A DNA stretch of 38,205 nucleotides from Clostridia bacterium (GCA_045532715.1 JAZSGM010000180.1:1-38205); one strand, 5' to 3'; positions 14,684 to 25,519 are shown, counted from the first letter of the stretch. Notes: generated from the sequence alone by a model not told the origin. Program-made: numbers and translations.

Positions 14684-17301
14684 TATTGCTTTCCTCCCTT
14701 ACCGTAGTAGGCATTTAAATACATTTGCTTGATTTCGCGCATCAAAGGATAGCGCGGATTTGCGCCGGTGCACTGGTCGTCAAAGGCCTGCTCGACCATT
14801 GCATCGAGATTTCCCAAAAATGCATTTTCATCGATGCCGTAGTCGCGGATGGTTTCTTTGATGCCCACGCTTGCTTTTAAGTCGTTGATGGCACCAATTA
14901 AGCCTTCCAGCTTTTCGGTATCGGTTTTGCCCTTGATGCCGAGCGCGTCTGCAATTTCTGCATAGCGCGCCAGGGTGTGCGGATGGTCGTACTGCGAGAA
15001 TGTGCCCATCTTCGTCGGCGCTTCCGATGCATTGAAGCGGATAACCTCCTCAATCATCAGCGCGTTTGCCACGCCGTGCGGCAGGTGATGGAATGCACCC
15101 AGCTTGTGCGCCATGGAGTGGCAGATGCCCAAAAATGCATTTGCAAATGCCATACCTGCCATCGTAGCGGCGTTTGCCATTTTTTCTCTTGCTTCTACGT
15201 CCGTTTGTCCGTTTTCATAGGCGCGCGGCAGGTATTTAAATACGGTTTTAAGCGACTGCAGCGCAAGACCGTCCGTATAATCGGTTGCCAGCATTGCGGC
15301 ATAGGCCTCTATTGCGTGTGTTACGGCATCAATGCCGGAGGCAGCTGTTAAGCCCTTCGGTGCGGACATATGAAAATCTGTATCAATAATCGCCATGTTC
15401 GGCAGAAGCTCGTAGTCGGCGAGCGGATACTTTACGCCGCTTTTCTCGTCAGTAATGACGGCGAACGGTGTTACCTCAGAGCCGGTGCCGGCAGAGGTCG
15501 GTACAGCGATAAAGTATGCCTTTTCCCCCATTTTCGGGAAGGTGTACACACGCTTACGGATGTCAATAAAACGCATTGCCATATCCATAAAATCTGCTTC
15601 CGGATGCTCGTAGAGTACCCACATAATCTTTGCTGCATCCATTGCCGAGCCACCGCCGAGTGCAATGATGGTGTCCGGCTTGAAGGCTGCCATCTGCGCT
15701 GCGCCGTTTTTGGCATTTAAAAGCGTCGGGTCAGGCTGCACATCGAAAAAGGTTGTGTGTGCGATGCCCATTTCGTCTAATTTATCTGTAATCGGCTTTG
15801 TGTAGCCGTTTTCATACAGGAACGTATCTGTTACAATAAAGGCTCTCTTCTTGCCGAGCACGGTTTTCAGCTCATCGAGTGCCACCGGCAGGCAGCCTTT
15901 TTTAATATATACCTTTTCAGGTGTGCGGAACCAAAGCATATTTTCCCTTCTTTCTGCGACTGTTTTGATGTTGAGCAGGTGCTTTACGCCGACATTCTCC
16001 GAAACGGAGTTGCCGCCCCAGGAGCCGCAGCCGAGTGTAAGTGACGGTGCGAGCTTGAAGTTGTATAAATCACCGATGCCGCCGTGCGAAGAAGGGGTAT
16101 TGACCAAAATGCGGCAGGTTTTCATCCGTGCGGCAAATCGGTCGAGCTTTGCACCTTGCGTTATTTCGTTTAAATATACGGAAGAGGTATGACCGAAGCC
16201 GCCGTCTTCAATCAGTCTTTCTGCTTTGTCAAGAGCTTCGTCAAAGGTTTTTGCCTTGTACATTGCAAGGACAGGGGAGAGCTTTTCGTGCGCAAATTCT
16301 TCCGAAAGCTCTACGGATTCTACTTCACCGATAAGGATTTTGGTGCCCTCCGGTACGGTAATGCCGGAAAGTGAAGCGATTTTCTCTGCGGTCTGACCGA
16401 CAATTTTTGCGTTAAGTGCACCGTTGATGATTATGGTTTTGCGCACCTTTTCGGTTTCGTCCGCAGACAGAAAATAGCAGCCGCGACGTGCAAATTCTGC
16501 TTTGACGCTTTTATAGATCTTTTCTAAGACGATGACAGACTGCTCCGATGCGCAAATCATACCGTTGTCAAAGGTTTTCGAATGAATGATGGAGTTGACG
16601 GCGAGCAGGATGTCTGCACTTTCGTCAATGATGGCAGGGGTGTTGCCCGCACCGACGCCGAGTGCCGGTTTGCCGCTGGAATACGCTGCCTTGACCATGC
16701 CCGGACCACCGGTCGCTAAAATAATATCCGCTTCCTTCATTACGGTGTTGGTCATCTCTAAGGACGGCACATCAATCCAGTCGATGATGCCCTCCGGTGC
16801 GCCGGCATTTACGGCTGCCTCTAAGATGAGCTTTGCTGCTGCGATGGTGCAGTTTTTTGCACGCGGATGCGGGGAAATAATAATCGCGTTTCTTGTTTTT
16901 AATGCCAGAAGACATTTGAAAATAGCGGTCGAGGTCGGGTTGGTGGTCGGAATAACCGCCGCAATAACACCGATCGGCTCTGCAATTTTTTTGATGCCGA
17001 AGGCTTTGTCTTCTTCAATGACACCGCAGGTCTTTGTGTCCTTGTACGCGTTGTAAATGTATTCCGCCGCGTAGTTGTTTTTGATGACCTTGTCTTCGAC
17101 AACGCCCATGCCGGTTTCTTCTACCGCCATTTTTGCAAGTGGAATTCTCGCTTTGTTTGCCGCCGAAGCTGCAGCTAAGAAGATTTTATCCACCTGCGCC
17201 TGCGCGAAGGTCGCAAACTGCTGCTGCGCCTGTTTTGTGCGTCTGAGTGCTTCTTCAAGCTTTTCGACGCTGTCTACGACTGCATAAGATTTTTGTTCCA
17301 T
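14683..17301 (-). CDS. adhE: Bifunctional acetaldehyde-CoA / alcohol dehydrogenase
   Basis: 872 aa. N-terminal aldehyde dehydrogenase half, C-terminal Fe-ADH half (GGGSAMDAAK, HSMAHKLGAFHHLPHG). Confidence 0.97.
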   Translation of the reverse strand: MEQKSYAVVDSVEKLEEALRRTKQAQQQFATFAQAQVDKIFLAAASAANKARIPLAKMAVEETGMGVVEDKVIKNNYAAEYIYNAYKDTKTCGVIEEDKAFGIKKIAEPIGVIAAVIPTTNPTSTAIFKCLLALKTRNAIIISPHPRAKNCTIAAAKLILEAAVNAGAPEGIIDWIDVPSLEMTNTVMKEADIILATGGPGMVKAAYSSGKPALGVGAGNTPAIIDESADILLAVNSIIHSKTFDNGMICASEQSVIVLEKIYKSVKAEFARRGCYFLSADETEKVRKTIIINGALNAKIVGQTAEKIASLSGITVPEGTKILIGEVESVELSEEFAHEKLSPVLAMYKAKTFDEALDKAERLIEDGGFGHTSSVYLNEITQGAKLDRFAARMKTCRILVNTPSSHGGIGDLYNFKLAPSLTLGCGSWGGNSVSENVGVKHLLNIKTVAERRENMLWFRTPEKVYIKKGCLPVALDELKTVLGKKRAFIVTDTFLYENGYTKPITDKLDEMGIAHTTFFDVQPDPTLLNAKNGAAQMAAFKPDTIIALGGGSAMDAAKIMWVLYEHPEADFMDMAMRFIDIRKRVYTFPKMGEKAYFIAVPTSAGTGSEVTPFAVITDEKSGVKYPLADYELLPNMAIIDTDFHMSAPKGLTAASGIDAVTHAIEAYAAMLATDYTDGLALQSLKTVFKYLPRAYENGQTDVEAREKMANAATMAGMAFANAFLGICHSMAHKLGAFHHLPHGVANALMIEEVIRFNASEAPTKMGTFSQYDHPHTLARYAEIADALGIKGKTDTEKLEGLIGAINDLKASVGIKETIRDYGIDENAFLGNLDAMVEQAFDDQCTGANPRYPLMREIKQMYLNAYYGKGGKQ

Positions 17302-17457
17302 GTCAAATTCCTCCTAATATGGTTTGTCGCCCGCGGACGACGAACGGATTGGAATGCTATGCCGTGCTGTCTCCATTTCTCATGCATACATAACCGCAAC
17401 ATCCGAGATTGTTAATATTTTAACACACTCTGCTGAAAAGTGGAATTCTTAAAATAG

Positions 17458-17494
17458 ATAAAAGGACTTATCATTTTTGATAAGTCCTTTTATC
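17458..17494. terminator. Terminator after the LysR gene
   Basis: Stem AAAGGACTTATC/GATAAGTCCTTT with a 6-nt loop. Confidence 0.65.
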
Positions 17495-17505
17495 TCGCTT
17501 ACGTA

Positions 17506-18426
17506 CTATAAATATTTTTGTTTTGCGGCATTTAAGGCATCGATAAAGCGGCGGTCAAGCGCCGTCAGCTTATAGCCCTCCTTGTAGATGAGGATATCCT
17601 TGTAAATCTTTTGGTTGTCCGTGCACAGCTTTTGTACAAGATTGTATTTATCCAAAAGACTTTGCGGCACGGGGGAGACCCACATAAAGGTCTGCGGATT
17701 GGTGGATAAAAGCTCAAATTGGCTTGCGCGCTCGAAAATAAAAATGCGGCGGTCTATATCATCGTGCAGTTCCTCCTTGATGACCTTGGAGAGCGGCAAC
17801 GACGGTACATATGGGTCTGCGTGCGCTATTTCAACATAGTCCGGCAAATCGTCAAAGGTGATATTTTCCTTTTGTGCGAGCGGATGGTCCTTGCTCATCA
17901 GCAGCTGATAGGTAAATTCCGTTACGGTTTCGTAGCGGAAGCCTTTTTCCAGGAGCATGGACTGGAAATATTTATCAAAATTTTCTGCATAGCGGATAAT
18001 GCCGAGCTTATAGTCGTGATTGACCATATTGTGAATGGTGCGCTGGGAGTTGGTTTCTTTATAAAACAGCTCATACGGTGCATCGGAAACGGTACGCGAA
18101 AATGCGGCAAAGGCTTCGGCAATATAGCATGCACGCGGAACGGAAATTGAAAAATGCTGCTTGTGCGGGGCGCCATCCTTGTAATAGCGCTCCATGCGGT
18201 CGATTTGCCCCAAAATGCTTTTTGCAAATTGCACAAAATCCTCGCCTTCAGGCGTAAGGTGCATGCCTTTAGCCGTGCGCTCAAAAATGGAAATGCCTAA
18301 GTCCGCTTCCAACTCTTTGATTGAGCGACTGATGTTCGGTGCTGCGATTAAAAGTGTTTCGGCCGCGCGACTGAGTGAACCGGCTTTGGCGACCTCTAAA
18401 GCATATTTCATATGTGTAATATTCAT
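17506..18426 (-). CDS. LysR-family transcriptional regulator
   Basis: 306 aa. N-terminal HTH (MKYALEVAKAGSLSRAAETLLIAAPNISRSIKELEADLG). Confidence 0.9.
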   Translation of the reverse strand: MNITHMKYALEVAKAGSLSRAAETLLIAAPNISRSIKELEADLGISIFERTAKGMHLTPEGEDFVQFAKSILGQIDRMERYYKDGAPHKQHFSISVPRACYIAEAFAAFSRTVSDAPYELFYKETNSQRTIHNMVNHDYKLGIIRYAENFDKYFQSMLLEKGFRYETVTEFTYQLLMSKDHPLAQKENITFDDLPDYVEIAHADPYVPSLPLSKVIKEELHDDIDRRIFIFERASQFELLSTNPQTFMWVSPVPQSLLDKYNLVQKLCTDNQKIYKDILIYKEGYKLTALDRRFIDALNAAKQKYL

Positions 18427-18509
18427 GGTTTGTCACCTGCTTTCACATTTGATTGTAGCACAGAAATTTGTTGGTTTCAAGTGAAGCGTGCTGCAATGCG
18501 GTTTGAAAG

Positions 18510-18541
18510 TAAAAAAAGTACCTTGTGCATGCACAAGGTAC
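18510..18541 (-). terminator. Intrinsic terminator
   Basis: Perfect 24-nt palindrome GTACCTTGTGCATGCACAAGGTAC, followed on the minus strand by U7. Confidence 0.8.
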
Positions 18542-18551
18542 AAAGCTCATA

Positions 18552-19589
18552 CTAATTTAAGTATGTATAAATCATTTTTGAAATTTCGCCAAAGGTCGTG
18601 CGCACATCTGCCGTGCCGAAATCTGTTACGCTGATACACAGAATGTAATCAAAATTCGGGGAATATATAATGCCCACATCCAACTCAGCAGTGCTGTTTT
18701 CGCCTGTCTTATGCGCAACAACGGTACCTTCCGGTAAAAAGAGCGGAATTTTAAAGTTACGCGTCTGCTGCTTTAACAGCTCCAGCATTTCCGAATCGTA
18801 TGCCGGGGAAACACATTCTCCGAAATACAGCTTGCGCAGGACAGTTGCACAGTCGGCTACGGAAGTTGTATTCTGTCCGGGTGTGACGGTTTTTACATCA
18901 AAGAGCATATGCTCCTCTTTTGTGCTTTTTGCGCCAAGTGACCTTGCAAGTGCAGTTACTTTCTGTGCGCCGACGGCAAAGCTACCGGTACCGATTGCAG
19001 TTGTGACAGCATTGGAGGCTACATTGGAGCTTTCGGTAATCATTGCACGCACCTGCGCGGCAAGCTCGTTGGTCATCGAAATGTTTTTGTCATTGATTTC
19101 GTTATACAGCGTTATCATATTAAACAGCTTGATGGTGCTTGCTGCAGTCACCGTGCGGTTGTTGATACCGAACTGTACGCTTGTTCCCGGAATTTCAAAG
19201 TATACGGACCAGTTACCGGCTGCATCCTTGAGCTTGTCTGATACCATATCCCGAAGCTCGTTTGCATCATAATTGAGCAGCGGCTCCTCCGTTAAACCTT
19301 CGATATGGCTGTCGGCACGTTCAAGCAGCAGTTGTACGCTTTTATCCCTGAAATGGTGTGTGTTATACAGATGCTTTGCTGCTTTAAGATTTTGCATGGC
19401 ACCTTCATAAGCATCCTCATTGGAATACTTCAGCGCAAATACACTTTTGCAGTATTTTTCAATATCATCAGCGATATCTGCTTCGCGCGCACTTGCGTAC
19501 TGCAGTAGGGCAATCGCTACGATAATCAAAATTAAAACCACTGATATTATAGTGGCCAATAATAAATTCTTCTTATTCTTTTTTTTCAT
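18552..19589 (-). CDS. Membrane-anchored class-A beta-lactamase-like serine hydrolase
   Basis: STIK (SxxK) and HKTG motifs. N-terminal KK-rich segment plus one TM helix. I prefer the ATG at 19589 (GGGAG SD) to the longer ORF-track start at 19640. Confidence 0.7.
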   Translation of the reverse strand: MKKKNKKNLLLATIISVVLILIIVAIALLQYASAREADIADDIEKYCKSVFALKYSNEDAYEGAMQNLKAAKHLYNTHHFRDKSVQLLLERADSHIEGLTEEPLLNYDANELRDMVSDKLKDAAGNWSVYFEIPGTSVQFGINNRTVTAASTIKLFNMITLYNEINDKNISMTNELAAQVRAMITESSNVASNAVTTAIGTGSFAVGAQKVTALARSLGAKSTKEEHMLFDVKTVTPGQNTTSVADCATVLRKLYFGECVSPAYDSEMLELLKQQTRNFKIPLFLPEGTVVAHKTGENSTAELDVGIIYSPNFDYILCISVTDFGTADVRTTFGEISKMIYTYLN

Positions 19590-19711
19590 GTCTGCATCGC
19601 TCCCTGCAATACTATAGCACAAAATGTCCGGAAATGTCAATGGATTCTGGTATTGAAATTTAATATTTTTTATGTTATACTATCAAATTATAAAAAGACT
19701 GGAGAAAACCG

Positions 19712-21019
19712 ATGTGGTATTATGAAAGTGTGATTTATCAAATCTATCCGTTTGGCTTTTGCGGCGCTCCGAAGCAAAATGACGGACAGCAGGTTTCCCG
19801 CATTTTAAAGGTGCTTGATTTTACACAGCATATGCAAAAATTAGGTGTGAATGCGGTGTATTTCTGCCCTGTGTTTGAAAGCAGCGCCCATGGCTATGAC
19901 ACGGCGGACTATACAAAAATTGACGTGCGTCTCGGCAGCAATGCGGATTTTAAAGCTGTGTGTGACAAGCTGCACGCGTGCGGTATCCGTGTGATTTTAG
20001 ACGGCGTGTTCAATCATGTCGGCAGGGATTTCTTTGCCTTCCGCGATGTGCGCGAAAAGAAATGGGATTCACCCTATAAGGATTGGTTCCACATAAGCTT
20101 TGACGGCAATAGCTGCTATAATGACGGCTTCTGGTATGAAGGCTGGGAAGGGCATTTTGAGCTTGTGAAGCTGAATTTAGACAATCCGGCGGTGAAAAGC
20201 TACTTATTCGATTGCGTACGTATGTGGATTCGCGAGTTTGACATCGACGGACTTCGGTTGGATGTAGCCTATATGCTCAACCGTCAGTTTATGCGTGAGT
20301 TGCGCGGCGTGTGTGATGCGCAAAAGCCGGAATTTTTCCTGGCAGGCGAAATGATACACGGCAACTATGCTGAAATTGTCAACAACGAAACGCTGCACAG
20401 TGCGACAAATTATGAGTGCTTCAAGGGGATTTATTCATCGCTCAACAGTATGAATATGTTTGAAATCGCCCATTCGCTCCGAAACCGTTTTGGCAGCGAG
20501 GACTGGTGTATGTACCGTGGTATGAAGCTGATTTCGTTTGTGGATAACCACGACGTTACACGTATTGCATCCAATCTGACCAATCCGGATCACTTGCCGC
20601 TTGCGTATGGCATTTTGATGGGTATGCCGGGTATTCCGTGCATTTATTATGGCAGTGAGTGGGGCATGGAAGGCAAAAAAGAGCACGGCGACGATGCGCT
20701 CCGTCCGGTGGCGGATGTGCCGCAATGGACGGCTTTGACGGACTTTATTTCCCGCGCAGCAAGGGCGCACAGAGAAAGCCGGGCACTTTGCTACGGCAGC
20801 TTCGATGTTCTGCATCTGACAAATAAGCAACTGATTTTCGAGCGCTGCGCAGACGGTGAGCGCGTACTTGTGATGATCAATGCGGACGGCGAAGGCTATA
20901 CCGCACATTATAATGCCAACGCCGGCTGCGGTACGGATTTGCTGACCGGTGCGCACTTTGATTTCGGCGCCGGTAGTTACCTGGAGCCGTACAGTGTGAA
21001 ATATATAAAGGTACAATAA
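19712..21019 (+). CDS. GH13 alpha-amylase-family glycoside hydrolase (cytoplasmic)
   Basis: All four GH13 regions are present: DGVFNHVG, GLRLDVAYM, LAGEMIHG, FVDNHD. Confidence 0.9.
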   Translation: MWYYESVIYQIYPFGFCGAPKQNDGQQVSRILKVLDFTQHMQKLGVNAVYFCPVFESSAHGYDTADYTKIDVRLGSNADFKAVCDKLHACGIRVILDGVFNHVGRDFFAFRDVREKKWDSPYKDWFHISFDGNSCYNDGFWYEGWEGHFELVKLNLDNPAVKSYLFDCVRMWIREFDIDGLRLDVAYMLNRQFMRELRGVCDAQKPEFFLAGEMIHGNYAEIVNNETLHSATNYECFKGIYSSLNSMNMFEIAHSLRNRFGSEDWCMYRGMKLISFVDNHDVTRIASNLTNPDHLPLAYGILMGMPGIPCIYYGSEWGMEGKKEHGDDALRPVADVPQWTALTDFISRAARAHRESRALCYGSFDVLHLTNKQLIFERCADGERVLVMINADGEGYTAHYNANAGCGTDLLTGAHFDFGAGSYLEPYSVKYIKVQ

Positions 21020-21056
21020 AAAAATCCCGGACACAAAGCGGGTTCGGGATTTTTGT
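21020..21056. terminator. Bidirectional terminator between convergent GH13 and GH88 genes
   Basis: AAAAAAATCCCG ... CGGGATTTTT. Confidence 0.6.
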
Positions 21057-21060
21057 TTCA

Positions 21061-22173
21061 TTACCAGATCAGGTAGTCCATACCCTTTAACTTTGCAATG
21101 GCTTCTACCAAGAAGAAGTCAGCGTAGATGAGGTGCAGCTCCTTACCCCTGCCGTAGGATTCCATACCATTCTGTAAAATGGATTGGTCGGAGTCATCGA
21201 AGATGCAATCCTGCTCGTGTGCCTTCAAAATCCTGATGGCGCCGTCTAAGTACTTTTCTTCGTTAGTCGCCTTGTAAAGCTCAATCAAACCGCAGGCTGC
21301 ACATACGCCGGCGCTGGAGTCAATGTAGCCGATGTCCTTCGGCTGCTGGAAGTCTGTCGGTGTTCTGTAGCCAAACTCTGCAGTGTGCTCCAAGAAGTAA
21401 TCGGAAACCTTGATAGCGGTATCTAAGTACAATTTTTTGCCGGTGTGGATATAGCTTAAAATAAAGCCGTATACTGCCCAGGCCTGACCGCGGGTCCAGG
21501 CTGTGCCGACGGCCATACCCTGACCGCCGAGTGTTTCAATGACTCTGTCTTCCTGCTCATCGTGTACTACGATATGTACAACGCTGCCGTCCTCACGCAC
21601 GTGGTCACGTGCGCTCATATCTGCATGCATTTCGGCGATAAAGCGGAAGCGGTCGTCCTCCAATTCGCGGGATGCCCAGTACAAAAGCGGAATGTTCATC
21701 ATACAGTCGATGATGGAGTAGCTTTTTTTGTTCCAGGCGCGAATGAAATTACCGCGGATGTTTACGCGTGCCGCAAGCATATTTGCAGCATAGAGCGTAC
21801 GCACGCGGGATTCCTTTCTGCCTTCGAGCTCGTAGTGCGGCTTGGATAAAAGGTTCCACTGGAAGCCTACATCGTGGTGCAAGCCGTCATACTTGCGCAG
21901 CGCTCTGTCCATAATGAGCTCCTGATTGATCGCGCATGCTTTGTACTCTTCCTTGCCGGTCATCTTGTACATCAGCCACATCATACCGCCGAAAAAGCCG
22001 TTGGTCCACCAGGTGATACCTTCGCCCATTGCCGCATGATACAGACCGTTTTTGGTCGAGTATGGCACGATTTCGATTATCGATTTGTTCGTAGCAGTGG
22101 CGGTAAGCTTATTGTCAAGCTTTTCCCATATACCGTCTACCCATTTTTTGTCTTCAGCTTTTAAGTTTATCAT
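21061..22173 (-). CDS. GH88-type unsaturated glucuronyl hydrolase
   Basis: 370 aa with the (alpha/alpha)6-barrel family look (WWTNGFFGGMMW, HDVGFQW, WTRGQAWAVYG). From memory of GH88 sequences. Confidence 0.75.
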   Translation of the reverse strand: MINLKAEDKKWVDGIWEKLDNKLTATATNKSIIEIVPYSTKNGLYHAAMGEGITWWTNGFFGGMMWLMYKMTGKEEYKACAINQELIMDRALRKYDGLHHDVGFQWNLLSKPHYELEGRKESRVRTLYAANMLAARVNIRGNFIRAWNKKSYSIIDCMMNIPLLYWASRELEDDRFRFIAEMHADMSARDHVREDGSVVHIVVHDEQEDRVIETLGGQGMAVGTAWTRGQAWAVYGFILSYIHTGKKLYLDTAIKVSDYFLEHTAEFGYRTPTDFQQPKDIGYIDSSAGVCAACGLIELYKATNEEKYLDGAIRILKAHEQDCIFDDSDQSILQNGMESYGRGKELHLIYADFFLVEAIAKLKGMDYLIW

Positions 22174-22221
22174 TTCTTCACGTCCCTTTATATTATTTTT
22201 AATTTACTTGCTTGAATTGTA

Positions 22222-23952
22222 TTATATATCCGCTTGTTTGTCAAGCTTGTCACCGGCAGAAAGGCTCAAAAATATGCGATTTGCCGCCGAATAAATCAAA
22301 ATAAGTGGAATTGCAAATACAAGCCCGTTTACCGTGCGTAAAACAGAGGTAGACACATCGGTAAACACGTGGCAGAAGGTGTTCATCACCGAGGCAAACA
22401 AAATCGCACTGCCTGCAGCAAATACCCAGCGCAGCAGCTTACTGCGGTTTTGTTTTATATAGTAAACAAACAGTGCAAGTGCCGGCCAGCCGATTAAAAA
22501 TTCCTTTGTGCGCGGACGCGCGCGGGTGACTTCGCCGACAACGTTGCGGACTTTGGTTTCCAGTGCCGAAATGCTTGTGTTGCCGCTGCGTACGATATAG
22601 ACCGTCAGCACCAGACAGGCGCATACCAATACCGCAATATGCCAGATGCGGATTTTGCCTTTGCGCTGGATTGCGTGTGCTTTGAGCTTGCCAGGCTGCA
22701 GATGCTTGCGTTCTTCTGCAAAAAACAGAAATACAAGCGCATACAGCACCGGTAAAAGCAATGTGACGGATACGCCGCGAAAAATATAGATGTTTAAATA
22801 GTATTCCATACCGGAGAGCATTGCGCTCAGCACGGCGCAGCACACAAGAAGAGAAACCAGACCGAGCAAAAGTACGGCGCAGGTGCAGACCAAGGTGCAG
22901 CAGCTTGCTTTTAGCTTGCGGGCAGCGGCGTAGCATAGCGTAAAGCTGAAGCAGGCGCCAAGCGGTGCAAACAGGGAAGGATAGAGCAGCACGAGTTCGT
23001 GCGGCAGCAGCCATGTGATTGCGTAAGCAAGCGCAGCGAGCGCAAACAAAAGCCATTCCAGATGTGCATTTGTCTTTTTCAGCAGAATATACAGCATCGG
23101 AATCAGCATTAAAATGCCTAAGAATGCACCGGCTGCGTTGACGGATTTTAAATGTGGGCTATAGCCGGCAAGCGTCCCTGCCGGTGCAGGGGTATAACCG
23201 TCTTTTTGCATCCGGCCGCAGAATTTTGCAACCGCTGCCTGCGTGATTTTTGCATTCTCCTCCGGGGTAGCTGCTGCGTCCGTAAGCTGATGCACAAGCA
23301 GAAACTCCGTATTGCGGTCACGTGCGGAATTGAGCATCTGGTAGTAAATCAGCAGCGGGTCATATGTTTTTTTTGTGCGCCCCGGCTGTGTTTTGTTTGT
23401 TTCATAGCAACGAAGAATACGCCCGTTCGCGGCTGCGACAATCTCGGTAAAGCCGAGCGGCGTTTCATTGGAAAGCTGATTTTTATTTTCGGACAGTACG
23501 AGGGTGATTTGATGCTTCTCAATCAGATTGGCAAGCGGCGTAGGCTGTGTCTGCTCCGCAGATGCCTTCAGCAGAAGGTATTTCACCTTGTACTTTTGAA
23601 AAATCGCATTCAGATTTTTTTCATAGGTCAGACTTTTTTCGTTGCCGGCATACAGGCAAAGCGCAGTATCCAATCCCGCCAGGCTTGCCAGCTCAAGCAA
23701 ATCGGCATCCAGACTGCCGTCCTCGCGTTCGCACAGAACGGCGGTAGTGATACCGTTTGCCTTATAGCGCAGCAGCTCGGCATAAAAAGCACCGCGGTGA
23801 CCGTAGTGCGCCGCAGTGTCGTTTAGTGCAATCGCCGTGACATAGCCGCGGTGGTTCTGCTCGTATGTAATTCTGGTGGTCAATGCCGGCAGAATGCTGC
23901 ATATGAGAAGCAATAGCGCCGTCACTGTAAATAGAAGGTGTCTTTTTTTCAT
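22222..23952 (-). CDS. Polytopic membrane protein (DUF5693-like), cell-envelope polysaccharide context
   Basis: 576 aa. N-terminal TM helix plus a soluble domain, then about 8 TM helices. ATGA-coupled to murJ upstream. Confidence 0.4.
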   Translation of the reverse strand: MKKRHLLFTVTALLLLICSILPALTTRITYEQNHRGYVTAIALNDTAAHYGHRGAFYAELLRYKANGITTAVLCEREDGSLDADLLELASLAGLDTALCLYAGNEKSLTYEKNLNAIFQKYKVKYLLLKASAEQTQPTPLANLIEKHQITLVLSENKNQLSNETPLGFTEIVAAANGRILRCYETNKTQPGRTKKTYDPLLIYYQMLNSARDRNTEFLLVHQLTDAAATPEENAKITQAAVAKFCGRMQKDGYTPAPAGTLAGYSPHLKSVNAAGAFLGILMLIPMLYILLKKTNAHLEWLLFALAALAYAITWLLPHELVLLYPSLFAPLGACFSFTLCYAAARKLKASCCTLVCTCAVLLLGLVSLLVCCAVLSAMLSGMEYYLNIYIFRGVSVTLLLPVLYALVFLFFAEERKHLQPGKLKAHAIQRKGKIRIWHIAVLVCACLVLTVYIVRSGNTSISALETKVRNVVGEVTRARPRTKEFLIGWPALALFVYYIKQNRSKLLRWVFAAGSAILFASVMNTFCHVFTDVSTSVLRTVNGLVFAIPLILIYSAANRIFLSLSAGDKLDKQADI

Positions 23953-25439
23953 TTTGTACTTTCCTTATTCTGTAGCATATATTTGACAATGCCGGTCAGC
24001 AAAAGCACAACGCCATATACAAGCGCACAGCCGCCGAGCGGCAAAAGAAAACCGAGCTTGCTGTCCTGCATCGGTATCGGCAGATGTTTTGTTACGGCAA
24101 ACACCCCTGCTGCGGCAGCGCCGGCAAGTAAAATCTTGCCTAAGTTTGCAGCGAGGGTTTTGTTTGCGTAGTTGCCGACCACTTTGCGCAGAACAAACAG
24201 AATGCATACGGCGTAAATTGTAAAGAGTACGGTTGTCGTCGCCGCTACGGCAACCACGCCGCCTTTTTCAAGTACCAGCATATTAATCAGCGGTTTTGAA
24301 AGCACAATGCTCAGTGTGCCGATCACGGTGTAGCTGTATTTGCCTGCCAGATATAGCACCTTATTGAACAGCTCCTGACAGACATAACCGAAGATGCCCA
24401 GTGTGTATAAGCAAAACAGCGTTGCTGTCGTATGGCTCAGCTCACGCGTAAATTCACCGCGCTCGTATAACAGCGAAATTAGCTCACGACCGAAGCAGGT
24501 TACCGTTAAAATAAACGGCACGAAAATGGCAAACAGCACCGTCATAATATACTGTAAAATCTTGCGGACCTGCGCGGTGTTGCCCGCCTCGAAGTGTCTG
24601 CAGACGGACGGGTAGGAAACGTTGCTCATTGCCACAACAAACACGCTGGCAATCGCAACAAAAAGGTTCGAAGCATAGTTTACGGTGGAGGCGGCGCCCG
24701 TGTCCGCGGAAACGGAGGCCTTGTCAATCATAAACATCAGCTGAAACAGCATACTGGAAATAAAAATATAGAGAATTTCGCGGTTGTTTTCACCGCCTGT
24801 GCTTTTTTGAATCTTGCCGAACAGACGATAACCCTTGCGCAAAAAGCTCGGCAACAGAATAACGATATGCAAAAACCAACCGACTGTGGTTAAGATGCTC
24901 ACGGTGGTCAGGCTGATATTTTCAACAAGCAACGCCGAAATGATGAGCACGTTGTACGGCAGGCTCATCACAGAGGTGATGAAGAAAACCTTGCAGTTTT
25001 GCAAAACGCCGGACATAATGTAGGCAATAATGACAAACAGACAGCTCGGCAGCATAATGTACATGGTGTGTACCGCTACGGTGAACAGCTCGTCACGCAG
25101 TCCGGGCAACAGCAGACGGACAATCGGACCTGCCAGAAGATACAAAATCGTAGTGGCAAAAAGCACGCAGACCGCCGTTTTTGTGATAAAACGCGCAACA
25201 TAGCGCTTTTGATTTTCTTCACCGAGGTTTTCCGGTTTGTTTAAATTTTTGATAATCAAAATGGAAAGCGCCGCGCCGATGCCGGTAAATACCAGACTGG
25301 CGAGGCTGAAAATCTGAAAATAGATATCCGTAAACTCGGAAGCACCGAACACCGAGGCAAACACAATGTCACGCAAAAAGCCAAGGCATTTTGCGGCGAG
25401 AATACCGATAACAACCAAAATATATGCGCTGCCGTTCAT
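23949..25439 (-). CDS. murJ: MurJ/MviN-family (MOP superfamily) lipid-linked oligosaccharide flippase
   Basis: 496 aa, about 14 TM helices. N-terminus LGFLRDIVFASVFGAS is typical of MurJ. Confidence 0.75.
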   Translation of the reverse strand: MNGSAYILVVIGILAAKCLGFLRDIVFASVFGASEFTDIYFQIFSLASLVFTGIGAALSILIIKNLNKPENLGEENQKRYVARFITKTAVCVLFATTILYLLAGPIVRLLLPGLRDELFTVAVHTMYIMLPSCLFVIIAYIMSGVLQNCKVFFITSVMSLPYNVLIISALLVENISLTTVSILTTVGWFLHIVILLPSFLRKGYRLFGKIQKSTGGENNREILYIFISSMLFQLMFMIDKASVSADTGAASTVNYASNLFVAIASVFVVAMSNVSYPSVCRHFEAGNTAQVRKILQYIMTVLFAIFVPFILTVTCFGRELISLLYERGEFTRELSHTTATLFCLYTLGIFGYVCQELFNKVLYLAGKYSYTVIGTLSIVLSKPLINMLVLEKGGVVAVAATTTVLFTIYAVCILFVLRKVVGNYANKTLAANLGKILLAGAAAAGVFAVTKHLPIPMQDSKLGFLLPLGGCALVYGVVLLLTGIVKYMLQNKESTK

Positions 25440-25481
25440 GGGGTGACTTCCTTTCTTAAAATTTATTTTATATATAAGTAT

Positions 25482-25510
25482 ATCATACTATATTTTCCTG
25501 CAATAGTCAA
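25482..25510 (-). promoter_or_regulatory. Sigma-A-type promoter of murJ
   Basis: Minus strand: TTGACT (25510-25505), 17 nt, TATGAT (25487-25482). Confidence 0.6.
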
Positions 25511-25519
25511 GGTATGCCC

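Noticed and set aside
22439-23826. 205-aa (-) and 224-aa (+) ORFs overlapping the DUF5693-like gene
   Set aside because: They are alternative-frame or antisense shadows of a membrane-protein gene, with Arg/Cys-rich translations.
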